Assembly: GCF_009834535.1 (NCBI RefSeq)
Contig: NC_045707.1
Span: 63,800,001-63,864,000, forward strand
Source: Camelus ferus
Taxonomy: Eukaryota
Direction: 5' to 3'
DNA length: 64,000 bases
Notes under the pieces: model-generated
Databases searched by the model: none
Told to the model about the DNA's origin: nothing
Seen by the model: the letters and a program-made list of their open reading frames with translations, nothing else
Translations under genes and position numbers: made by a program
Shown here: positions 43,383 through 56,000 of the stretch, one piece after another
Numbering within the stretch: position 1 is the first letter of the stretch
How the letters are laid out: every line of letters starts with the position of its first letter

Positions 43383-44927
43383 TTTCCTTTATTTCTTTCT
43401 TTCGATCAGTCAAGTCCTATTAATTCTACCTCCTAAATATCTCTATCATGAATCCTGTCTTCTCAATCATTCTTAATGCTACTTAATGCCCACATCAGGC
43501 CCATATCATTCATGTCTAGCTTGAATATATTAAAACCTTATTTACTGATCTTTGACTCATTTTGATCCTCACTAGTCCCTGTTCTGCCACCAGAATAATT
43601 TTCTAACAGATTTGATGTTTTTATACTGGCTGAACTGCTGTTTGCCTCCCCATTATCTAAAGAAAAAAAAAATCTTTACACGATATACTATACTATTTAG
43701 GGTCTCACCCATTATGCCATTCACCATCTTGATTTATATGCCAGCAACATTAAACCACTGATAGATTATCTTCCCAGATTAGCTCATAAATTTGTGTCTT
43801 TCATTCATTCAACAAACATTTATTTAAATGCAGGAATTCCTTTATGAATTCCTGGGGACACAACATTGAACAAATAAAAGAAATATGGTTCCTGTCATCA
43901 TGAAACCTACAAATGGCACTCCCGCTGCCTAGGGGAATTGGCAGGGACTCTTTTTTGATCTTTATATCCTCAGTATCGAACTTAGATTTTGACATAATGT
44001 AAAATTCAGTAAATATTTGTTGAATGAATAAATGATCAAAATGTCAAAAACAAGGTGTACTTCAAACTCAATAGATGTTTGAGTGTGTACTACATGCCAA
44101 GCACTGGTTGAGGTACTGAGGATTCAGAAGTGAAGTTCTTGCCTTCCTGGAGCTTTTCTAGTACCTGTGATAATTAGTTCACTACAGTCTCCTGTCCTGT
44201 TCAGGTAATAGCTTGTGTACATTTACAAATTTAACTGTCACTAATAACTCAAGAAAAACAGTGGTTTTTCCTCTCTCTGAGAAAAGATGTCCTTTTCAAA
44301 GCTAAACTCCCTTTTTGTTCATTCTACTCCTTCTTAACCTTTTAGGGGCCCTGTCTTTCTCAGCTAGCTTTCCTCTCTGATCAGATCTTCCCTAACTAGA
44401 CAAAACATTGTCTTAATACATTCATACTATACCTTAATTCTCTTCTTCCTTTTAAGTATTACTTGCTAACATTTATTTTCCACTCAGCCCTTAGCTCATT
44501 AGCTTTTGTTCTCATCATGCTTCTGTAGTTGTCCTCTGCAAGGTCAGGAACGCTCTTCTAAGTTCCAAGCTCAGGCCCAGCCTAAAAGCCTCAGCTCTAT
44601 GAAGTTTCATGTTATGCCTCCCTCTGAATGTATGTTCTTTGGTGTAACTCTGGTATTCTTTGGGTGTGCTGCTCTGAGAGCACTTAGCACACATTATTTG
44701 TATGTTGTCTTAAAATCAGAGCAGAGCAATGCTGGAGGTTTCATTATTCACGATTTCTCAGTTTTACCAGTGGGTCAATTATGGATAATAGTTGGCAGTA
44801 GTGTAAAATTCCAATATAGTACACAATTTGGATTTGGGAAAGAATATTAGAGTCTGGAGAGCTGAGCTCCAATTCTAGCCGACATCTTTATTGCACAATT
44901 TTGCAACTTTCTTGAGGCATATAATTA

Positions 44928-45224
<297 letters not shown>

Positions 45225-47589
45225 TTAAAAAAAAAAAAAAAAAAAAAGAAAAGGCAACTGAAATTCCAACTATCATGCTTCTGGTTGCATCTAAATGGTT
45301 AAAAGAAATTTTGAAAGGTGACAATTTGGTGTCTTTCATTTACATAAAAGTTTTTTAACTTTCCAACATTTAGACACTGGAACAGGAATCAGTAATGCCA
45401 ATTTTTATAAGTTGTAAACAAATTAATAAAAAAACTGACTTAAGTGGCTTAATTTTTCAGTTTTAATCCCAAACTAGTCTTCAACAAGGGCAGTAAAAAT
45501 AATCAAGACTAAATTGATCTATATCAAACTTACATAGAATCATTGTAAGCAGGAGTAATTTTACAATGCTTTGATCTGCTGCTAATGTATGTGGTCAAGA
45601 TAATATCTACAGATTAAATTTTATCAAGACAGATTCTGATATTCCTTCCTCTGTGTTCCTTCATTATGACACTTACCACACACACTGCTCTGTAATTTTC
45701 CATTTTAATAAATTCCCAGTGAAATCAAAGTAGATTAAAACTTTCTTGAGGATAGGGATCATTGTATCTTTTTATCTATCTTTAATATTTACACAGTGCC
45801 TTGCAAACAGTAGAGGCTTGACAAAAATTTGCTTAATTAATATAAATACAGAATATATAAATTAATAATTCACTATATTACTTCTATTAAGTTAAACTAC
45901 ATATATTAAAAAAAAGAAAAAGAACTCTTAAGCTACGCAGTACAGTAGAAAGTATAATTATTACAAAAAGTAAAATGCTGATGACAGGTCCAGCAGTAAT
46001 GTTTTTCCTTTCATATTTATTTCAAATATAAAATGTAGTGATATGTACCCAGTGTACACCTATTAAGGAAAGAAAAATATAAAGGACTGTCTAAAAATTC
46101 TAGTGGTAACTGTTGGCTGGACTTGGGAATTAAAGTATCAACATTCACAGGTAGTAAGTTTGAGTTGAATTCTTTAGTTTGACTGCCTTTTCCTTTAAGC
46201 ATTAAAGATGAACTCACTAGGGCTTAAAAAGAACCATTAAGTTTATGTTAGAAGATCACGTGGCTCAGAAACTCCCAGCTGAAGCTTCACTAGGTAACAG
46301 CTTTGGCTCTATCAGATACCCGAGGCTTGCTCAAATTATCAGCAGGGAGGGGCACTAAGAGATGAAAGCCCAGATTTACTGGCAAAAACCATGCTGTCTC
46401 CTGCTCCCATCCCTCACAATCCCAGGTACACCCCGATCTGAAGATACTAAAATTTGTACGTCGCTCTGCAGTTCACATGCTTTCATATTATGCACATCTT
46501 TTCCTATTTCATTAGAAACCTCTGATGGAGAATTTCTCTACTCTCCCTAGCCCTCACCTTTTAATAATTATGTATTCTCACTTCAAAGCTCTCTGTTCTA
46601 ATATTTAATGATTCGGAAATGTTTCCTGAGCCTAAGCTAAAAAATCAGGCTTTAGTTTATAAGCACATTTTTTTTCTTGCTGGGTGCCTTAATAAAGGCT
46701 CAACAAGTAAGTACTATCATTGTATTAGAACCTATATGTATAAGACTTCAGATATGCGAAGACTGTCTTTTAGATGCTTTTCAACCCCCCCCCCCCATTT
46801 TTAAGCTCTTTTTTAAACTAAAAAAGTTTTAAATTATGAAACCAATGCCTCCAATTGAACCTTAACTTGGTCAAATTCTTCCTCCTTCTTTTAAGACTCA
46901 GTTTAGGAATCTCGTCTTCCTAAGAAAGCTTTTCATGATCAGAAGACTTGATTAGATGTTACTATATCATATAGCACTAATACAACTGTATTCTAATTGT
47001 TTACTTTTCTATCTCCACCAGTAGATCATAGGTTTCTCCTGGTTAGGAGCTGTTTTTCACTGTTTTTCCTGTTAACTAAGCACTCAATGAACTTCTCTCT
47101 GAACAAAGTAATGGAGTTATTTTGGCATTACTAAATAATCTTTAGATTATCTGTGTTGAAATAAAATGATAATCAACAATTTTATATTTGATATTTGGGT
47201 AATGTTTTATACAGCATTAACCTTAATCATTTTTTGCCATGTATTGTTTGGCTTTTTCTCAGTATATTCAAAGGGTGGGAGAAGTAACCCATTTATTATT
47301 TAAGTAATAGTAAATTCTGTAAATATTAAAAAATTACTGTGGTGTTAACAGATGGATATATTCTTGTCTACACAATAGAACTAAGCTTTCAGAAACATTA
47401 GATGTTTTGGAAAATCACTCAGTATTTTAAAGAATGCAATTTTGCTTGGGTTTTTAATAAATAGATTAATGTCACTTACATTCAAAGCACTGAAGACATA
47501 GTGGTAAACAAACTTGACCTACCTTTATGATATCTACCTTGTATGAAGGGTATACTGTAATGGGAAAGGGAGAGAATCAAAGAGCTTGA

Positions 47590-47835
47590 TGTAGTAGAAA
47601 AGACTGGCTGAGAACACTGTCTCTGGAATCAAACCAGGTATCAATCCTGGCTCCTTCACATAATAGCTGGCTGACTTTAAGCAAGTTGTTTAACCTTTTT
47701 AGGCCTCGGTTTTATCACCTATAAAGTGAATAATGGCACCTAGTGTGATTCCAGGGATTAAATGAGACAATGTGAATAAATGCTTAGCCCAATGCATAGT
47801 ACATGGTAAATACTAAATAAATGCTGTTTTTTATT
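47590..47835 (+). mobile_element. MIR
   Basis: GCAAGTTGTTTAACCTTTTTAGGCCTCGGTTTTATCACCTATAAA...GGATTAAATGAGACAAT. Confidence 0.8.
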
Positions 47836-48104
47836 ATTATAAAAGTAATGACAAGTATCATGAGTGTTATGAAAGGGTAAGTACAGGATTGCATGGCACC
47901 ATTAAACAGGAAGAGCTAATCTAGTCAAGAGGCCCTAAGAGTACAAGTTAGGGAAATTCAGGTGGGAGTAGTGAAGAATGTTAACAGTATCTTGGGGACA
48001 GGGAAGAGTGTTATGACATGAACTGATGATGGAGGGCCTTCTAAGTTAAAAAGTAATTTTAAACTTTATCCAAAATGGCATTGGTAAGCCATTAAGAGGT
48101 CTAA

Positions 48105-48489
48105 TTTAGAAAGCTGATTGTTAACAGAAAATATTTAAACTAGTTGTCAAACACAGCCATTATTAAAAATTAAATTATGTACATTTGCATTTAAATAAGT
48201 TAAAAACAAAGGTAATAAATACTAAAAATCGATCACTTACTAATTATTTTAGCATTATCTATATTCTTGAGGTATTGGTGCCTGTTACACCTGTATGGAA
48301 TAAATGCTATAGAATAGGGTAGTACTGCACATTTCTTTCCAACTCCATCATCAGTGATGTCATGTTGGTAGCTTAAAGCCAGCCATGGTAGGAGTACTTA
48401 TATCACGGAAATTGGGCAAACAGTACAAATCAGGGCTTTTCCCCTTCCCTGGAGATCCTGTTGTTAAACATTTAGCAACACACCATTGA
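48105..48489. mobile_element. hAT-Blackjack element (MER63-like)
   Basis: Ends GTTGTTAAACATTTAGCAACACACCATTG, matching the recalled MER63 terminus. Confidence 0.65.
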
Positions 48490-49113
48490 TTACAGAAGAG
48501 TAGTTAGAAGTGCATGAATGGAAGCAGTGAACCAGTTAAGAGGTTGTAATAATCCAATCAAGAGGGAATGCTGAGAAATCAAGGGAGGATGACCTCCCAG
48601 TTTCTGAGTGGATGGTGTGTCTGTTTACTGAGAAAGGAATACGGGAAGTAGGGTAGGTTTGAAAGAAGGGCAAGTTCATTACCAGTTTTAGTATGTTGAA
48701 TGCGAGAACCTGAAGAGACCAGGGAAACACTAAGACACTTCACTCATTAGAGATTTGGACTGGAGGTATTGATTTGGGAGGCATCAACAAGTAACAGTTA
48801 ACTGAGACCACAGGAACAGTTGCAATCATTTTGATAAGAGTGGGAAGAACTTGGTCGAGGGGTGGAGTGAGGGGATGGCAGAGGATACTGAAATTAGACT
48901 ACACGAGGAAGATGAAAATCACAAAGCTAGTGTCAAAAGTTCAAAGTAGAGAGTATTTTAAAGAGTATATGATCATAGGCCATGAAAAAAGGATGCAGGA
49001 GCGGTAATTCATCTCAGCAAGAGCAGTTTCAAAAGATTATTGGAAGACTTAGGTTGGAATGGGCTGAGTACGAGATAAGAAAAATGGAGGCAGTAAGTTT
49101 AGGCAACATAAGT

Positions 49114-49606
49114 TGTACATGGGGATAAAGAAATTGTGAACGAAAAGTACTGCAAACCACACCAGTAAACAAAGAATGCTGAAGCCATCAAGTCATCAGC
49201 GGCTGCCGCCACCCCTCAGTAAAGACAAGCCTGCAGCCCGGCCTCTGCAGCCACTCAGTGGTGCACTCTGAGGGGAATCAGAATAAGAAAGGACAGGGTA
49301 CTGGCCCTAGATAGCTAGATGCTTGTTAAAGGAATGAATTCAATGAGCCCAAATGTTTGCTCCCTCCCATACATAGAAAAGCACTCAATTCTTTAAGTTG
49401 AGATGCCTGGTTTTCTTTAGATAACAAGTAATCTTTTATTCCAACTATCTGGTCTTTGTTGTAACGCTCCTATGTAACCTAGCTCCTCTGCTACCTCTTC
49501 AGAGCAGTCCCTTAGAGTGATCTGAGGAGCTGTCATCCCAGCTCGAGTCCTCCCGCCAAATAAAGCAACTCTCAACTTTTAGGTTATGCATTTATTTCAG
49601 TCGACA
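49114..49606 (+). mobile_element. ERV1-like solo LTR in THAP2 intron 1
   Basis: TGT...ACA termini, 4-bp TSD AAGT (49110-49113 and 49607-49610), AATAAA at 49559-49564. Confidence 0.88.
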
Positions 49607-51478
49607 AAGTCTACCAATGTCCTAGGAGAGGAGTGAATTAGATGTTGTTTGTATTTATGAAATAGGAATGTATTTTTATTATAAATTAGGACCAAAAGTT
49701 CTGGGGTTACATGTGAAAATGTTAATTTCATAGCAGGCAAATGGTAGAAAACAGAAAGGAGGTATGTCTGTTAATGTACCACCGTGCATTTCTTAAACAT
49801 TCAATATTATTGGTGTCTTGACTCCTCCCTCTCCTTCATCTTCTAAATCAAATTACCACATATGGTAGTTTCTCCTCAAACATTTCTCAAATCTGTCCAC
49901 TTCTTTCCATCCCTACTGTTAGTACCACTCTAGTCGACGCCACTGGGTGGCCTCACCCTTGTTTTACTACAGGTTCCTAACTTTTTTCTCCACCAGCTCT
50001 CACCTGTTCTAATCCAATGCTGATTGTGCCAACAAAAGAAGTACACTGTATCTAATAGAAGTTAGCTTTGTAGCAGGATTTCCCTCTGAAATAGTAGACA
50101 CATTAGCATTTTGTAACAAGCTCCTTTCTCATCAAATTCATCTCTTGATGCTTGACCAGCACTTTAAGGAACACTATAATTCTCCGCACTGCAGCCTGAG
50201 GGCTTTTTAATATGCAAATCTAATCATGCCATTCTTTTTAAATCCTCCATGGCTTCTCAAGTACTCATTGGATAAAACAGAAAATCCTTGAAGTAGCATA
50301 CAGGACCAAATCTCTGTCACCTTTTGGTCCCATTTGAAACTTCATATTCTTTGAGAAGTGTTGTTCTTTCACTTTCCAAGGGTAAGGTAGGTCTTCCTGA
50401 AGGTCTCGTCTGTGGCACTTAACTGTATTTATTTACATCAGTCTTTCTCGTTCCAACCCCAGGAGGGTAAGAATTTTCTGGATCCCTAGCACAATGTCAG
50501 CCAAATAAGAGCTTGGTATATATGTGAGAAATGAATGAATGAAGCACTGTATTTGCATGAAGTAGATGAAAAACAAACACGGACAAAGATTTTTTTTTTT
50601 TTAAGTGGTAGCTTTTAATAAGGGGACATGTTTAGTCATAATAAGGTGGGGAGAAACGTCAGGGATGTAATTTTCCACATTCTAAGATCTTACTAAGTTG
50701 TGAGATACATAAAACCAGAATTGTTTCCACTTAACTTTTTGAATGCTTCTTTTCTTCAGGCATGTGGCAGGCACTTGCAGAGAAGGTAAACATTTACAGA
50801 GTAGTAGTATATCGCATGTAGTGTTCAAAGCGCTTTCAAGAGTTCTGATTTGACAGAACTAAAAAATTCTGATTGCTCTTCCAGCAAACGAAGGAAAAAC
50901 GTAACCTAGGTTCTTTTTTTTTTTATACTACTCTGTTCTAGTAAGAATACAAAGATTATCTTTTCCACTTTCATTAACATCACTTAATTCCACAGCTATC
51001 AATGATGACTCAAGTCCTCCGCAGCTACTGTACGTGACTATTAAAAATCTAAATGCTTCCCGTGTCAGTTCAGCTATTGAGAAACAACTAATTTTAACGG
51101 GAACACAGCAGGCTGTTTAAGTGACTGCTGACTTGAACAAGAAGATCTCGCTTCCTCTTAATGGCGTCATTTATGTTAAGACCCGGTCTAATACATAGGC
51201 GTTAAAGAGTAGAAAATTAAGGTATCCTCCTGTCACTTCTCTAAGCAATGATCACCGTACAGAACTTGGATCTCTTTTCCAAAGTGAGTAAACCTTCCTC
51301 AAAGGGAGAAGCAAATTGGACAGATTTGAGAAACATACACAAAGGGCAAAAATGATGCTTCCTTGCTACTCGCCGGCTAGCGAAGTTACTAGAATGAGCA
51401 GACTCCCGTTCTTTCCGCACAAGCGACACACCGTCCAGGCGCTCCCGTTTCCGTCACCCCCACTCCCCGCCCAGGTTA

Positions 51479-51604
<126 letters not shown>

Positions 51605-52448
51605 CTACCCTTACTCAGGGCAGAGACTGGCCAAGCGAGGCGGGGACAGGGCCCACCGAACTGAGCCGTCGGAGCTGAGGGGGAAGAAGGGGTCTCTGTG
51701 CGTGTGTGTTGGGGAAGGCCGGGGGGTGGGGGTGGGGAGGAGTGTCAACCTTTCTCTTTATTAATATGGCGGACTCGAGCCAGCGGAGCTGACAGTTCTG
51801 GAGCTCCAGTCGCCTCCGTCTGCCCTCACCAACATGGCGGACGCAACCCGCTCCCTCCCCGGCGCCCAAAAGGGAGAGGGACTACTGCGTCTTTTTGGCA
51901 GCCATCCTCGGAGCAGTTAAAAAGAGGTGTGTCTCCCCCATTACTACAGAACTCTCTCACGGCGGAGATTAAGAACAGGCCCCCCTACCCCGCCACGCAC
52001 CCAGAAATCCCAAACCAGAATTTGGGGTGGGTTTGAGCCAAGGACTGGAAGGACAAACCCGAGGCCACAGGCAGGAAAGGACTACAACTCCCAGCGAGAA
52101 TCGCGCTGTCCTAAAGATTATCGCGTGACCCGGGAGCCTTGTTTCCTGCGTGCCCCAGGAAGTGACGTCACGACCAGAGCCACTTCCAGAGTCCCTTTCT
52201 CGCGAGGCGGAAGAGCCCTGATCGCGGAGGAGCAAGGGGGCGCTAGGGAAGGGAACTGGGTTGCGACGGTCCGGCGAGAAAGAGCTGGGGTGCGGGGAAG
52301 TTGGGGAGCAGACCCCGCTAGGTGTCCGAGTAGGGTAAGGCCGCACCGACCGGGTCCGTTAGGAAAGAAGGAAACCGAGGAGGAAAGCAACTGTCGGGCG
52401 GATCCCCGGACCGAGAGCTAAGGTTGTGTGGCAGGCGCTGCTCCCGGG

Positions 52449-53046
52449 ATGGCGACCGCAGATACTCCGGCCCCGGCCTCCAGTGGCCTCTCGCCCAAGG
52501 AAGAAGGGGAACTCGAAGATGGGGAGATCAGCGACGACGATAATAACAGCCAGATACGGAGCCGGAGCAGCAGCAGCAGCAGCGGCGGCGGGCTGTTACC
52601 GTACCCGCGGCGAAGGCCTCCTCACCCGGCCCGGGGCGGTGGATCCGGCGGAGGCGGTGGCTCCTCCTCGTCGTCGTCCTCTTCTCAGCAGCAGCTGAGG
52701 AATTTCTCACGCTCGCGGCACGCGTCGGAGCGAGGCCACCTCAGGGGACATAGCAGCTACCGACCCAAAGAGCCGTTCCGGTCTCACCCGCCCTCCGTGC
52801 GGATGCCTTCGAGCTCACTGTCCGAAAGCAGCCCCCGGCCGTCCTTCTGGGAACGGAGCCACATCGCATTGGACCGTTTCCGTTTTCGAGGCAGGCCTTA
52901 CCGGGGTGGGAGTCGCTGGAGTCGGGGGCGAGGAGGGGGCGAGCGAGGAGGCAAGCCCGGGGGCAGACCTCCTCTGGGAGGAGGAGCGGGATCCGGATTC
53001 AGCAGCAGTCAGAACTGGCGAGAGCCCTCTCCACCTCGGAAGAGTT
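52449..53046 (+). CDS. ZFC3H1: ZFC3H1 coding exon 1 (MATADTPAPASSGLSPKEEGELEDGEISDDD...SPPRKS), 598 nt; PAXT nuclear exosome adaptor
   Basis: ORF 52428..53090 matches the recalled ZFC3H1 N-terminus, including the acidic EDGEI motif. Ends at T|GTATCCTT. Confidence 0.96.
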
Positions 53047-56000
53047 GTATCCTTAACGTGGCGGTCTGCCCTGGGTGTGTCACTTACTGAAGTTCCCTTT
53101 AGCTTCATTACTAGGTCTATGGGATGAGTAACTTCTCTGAACCATCAGAACCGCTTATTTGTCACTGTCAGTACACTTAACGTCAGTGGTTTTTTGGTAA
53201 TCCCCATGTGTCAAACTGTAGCGTTGTTTCTTAAAAATACTTTATTGGGTATATTGCTTTTTTAACATTAACGTGTCTTGGATGGGGGCCAAACTAGTGG
53301 AATCTAAGACTGTAAAATCAGACTTGTAATAGTACGTCAGAAGCCCAGGTTTCATTAGCCTTGGGTTTTGCTAGTACAGGAAGTTTGTTTTTATGTGAAG
53401 TTCACTTAGATTGTTAGAGGGAGAAAAAAATACTAGCCGTAAAAAGTTTGGGGAACACTGTTACTTACATCATATCAGACTGTCACATTGAAAATTGTGA
53501 AGTTTCATTTTGCATAATCCTACCGTTTTTATTGATAGTTCGGTTTTTACCTTTCTTGATTTATTCTTGCACATTGCTGCTTTTTAAAGTAGGGGAAAAA
53601 ACCCAACTTTATTAATTCAGAAGTTTGAAATTCATATATCTTTTGGGAAAACTTTACCTCCTTAAATTCTTTATTTCTTACGTTCATATTTTGGACATTT
53701 TATAATTCCTAGTGCTGACAAATGTGGGCTAGAGAGAGAACGAAACTTAATAGCATTTTTATTTTAATATTACAGAAGCCATGGGGTTTATGGGCAGGGT
53801 GGAGATTATGGAGAGGTTGAGAAGGAAAATATCTAAATATTTGATTTTTGTCCCCTCTTATCTCATTCTTAGTTATCGTTAACATTCCTGAGTTTACTTA
53901 TCTGAGGGTTTGCTAAGGTTTGCACATTTTACGATGTGTTTGTAAAACTATGTCTTGACTTACTCCATGGTAACGCATAAAATAGTTGGTTTACTAAGCA
54001 CTTTTATTACTGGCTGTAATTTCCATGGGGTAATGATTTTTTTTTTAATATAGTGATTATATATGACGCTTACATATAGTGACATTTGGGAGACACTCAA
54101 CATTATTTTGACAGAGTACTTAGGATCGAATAGTCTTTCCCAGATGTTATAATAAAAGGGGGACAAGAAATGTAGATTTAGGTAAGTAGTAGCAGCTATG
54201 GTGCTCATAGTCTGGAAAAAGTGGTACTACCAAAAGTTGGGTTAAGAGCATTCCAGCATTGTTTCAGAAAAAAAAAAAAAAATTACACAAGTATTTAACT
54301 TTTAAAAAGAGAATGTTCTTTCTGTAAAGTTAGAAAACCTCTAACATATTTTTTTTAACCAAGGATTTGTTGTCAAATCTGAGTCTAAAAACAGAAAGGC
54401 TTATTTAAGTACATATATGTGTATTTTTTAAAAATCCAGCGATGAAACTTGTAATTTGTGTTGGAGAAACAAATGTAAATAATTACAGTTCTGTGTAAAA
54501 AGTTCAAGTTGAGGTATTTACAAAGTACTGTGGGAGTTTAAAATTTTTTCTTAGTTTATTTTATGTTAGAGAAGGGAGTGATGATTGGGTTTGCCTGGCT
54601 CCTGCCTTTTGCCTTCTCTCTGTCCATTCATTCAGTACCACTTTGGCCTCTACCACATACCTTTATTAATTGTTAAGCTTATATGTTTTTATTAATAAAC
54701 AGGCATATGATGTTGTGAAACAAGTACAGGAACATATCCAGCCTGACTTTGGTAGTAACTTATCACAAATGAGCTGTCCTGCTGTTTTTCTTTTTACAGA
54801 TGTTGCTCTGAAGGATAATTGGTTTGGTTCTCTGCTCACTGTTTTCCTCATGAAGTATCATTAATCCATCCCAGAGGTGGTATTCTTTATACGAATTTGT
54901 GAAGGAAAAAGTAGCTCCCAGCCACTTTTGTATAATGTGAGCAAACAAAATTTGTAATATAAAATTTTACTAATTTAGATTCGATACCAAGATAGTACTA
55001 GGTTTTATTCATATTACCACTGTGTGATTGTAATAATGACATTTTAATTTTACAGATATTGCAGTAAGAAGAAATAAGAGCTATTCTGTGACTCATTTCC
55101 ATAATCTAGAAGTGAAGTTGCATGAGTACAGGTGGTTTTTTTTTTAAACTTTTTTCTCTGTAATAATTAAGGTTTATTAGATGCAGCTTTAAAGAAACAG
55201 AATACCAGATTCTGTTGCAGTACTTATTTTCATTCTCATTCATTAAAAAATTTCCTTAGTGATAGACAGTTTGTCAGTCAGTGTTACTGTTTGTCTCCTT
55301 TGGATGACTACTGGTTTGAACTTTCAGATCTGATCAGAGCTAACATAATTAGGCCAGGGTCCCTTATCAGTAGAAAGTCATTCCACTTTCACCTGTAGTT
55401 GTAAAGATTGAACGGCAGTTCTTTTTGTAAATCAGGTTTCAGTTAGAAATTGCCTCTTGACAAATTTAAAATTACATCTTTTAAGTTTTGGTTTCATCTT
55501 AGCTCTTCTGTGTAGATAGAAGTAGGAGATTTTGTTTAGCCTTGAAAATTAGTTGGCTATAACTTAATTGCTTCTTTTCGTTTTTGTCCTTTAGTTATTT
55601 TGTTATTTGTTAGTGTACTGAATCTTTTCCCTTTGCAGATGTTTCCAAAGTCTCTAGTCATATTTTTTTAAGTTACTGTGGTTGTGTGTTTAGATGGCTC
55701 CATTGAAAAAGTGAGATGTAAATGCAGATAATTACAGAATTTGTGTACAGAATGTGATATTGGTGTGGAGGAGAACATAATTCTCTGGCTTCACGTAGTA
55801 GGTGACAATTGAATTGGGGTCAGTTTGAGGAACAGAAAAACCTATACACAAAGCTATGTATAAATTGTAATAAACATGGAAGAGGTGAGATTGGAAAGGA
55901 ATCATGATGGCATATGCCATTATAAGGATTCTGAACTCTATTCTTAGTGAGAATTAAACTAGGGAAGAGATCTGATCAGATTTGTGTTCTGGAAAGATTA

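Noticed and set aside
51615..53127. Many overlapping ORFs other than ZFC3H1 exon 1
   Set aside because: Expected from GC-rich, stop-poor CpG-island DNA.
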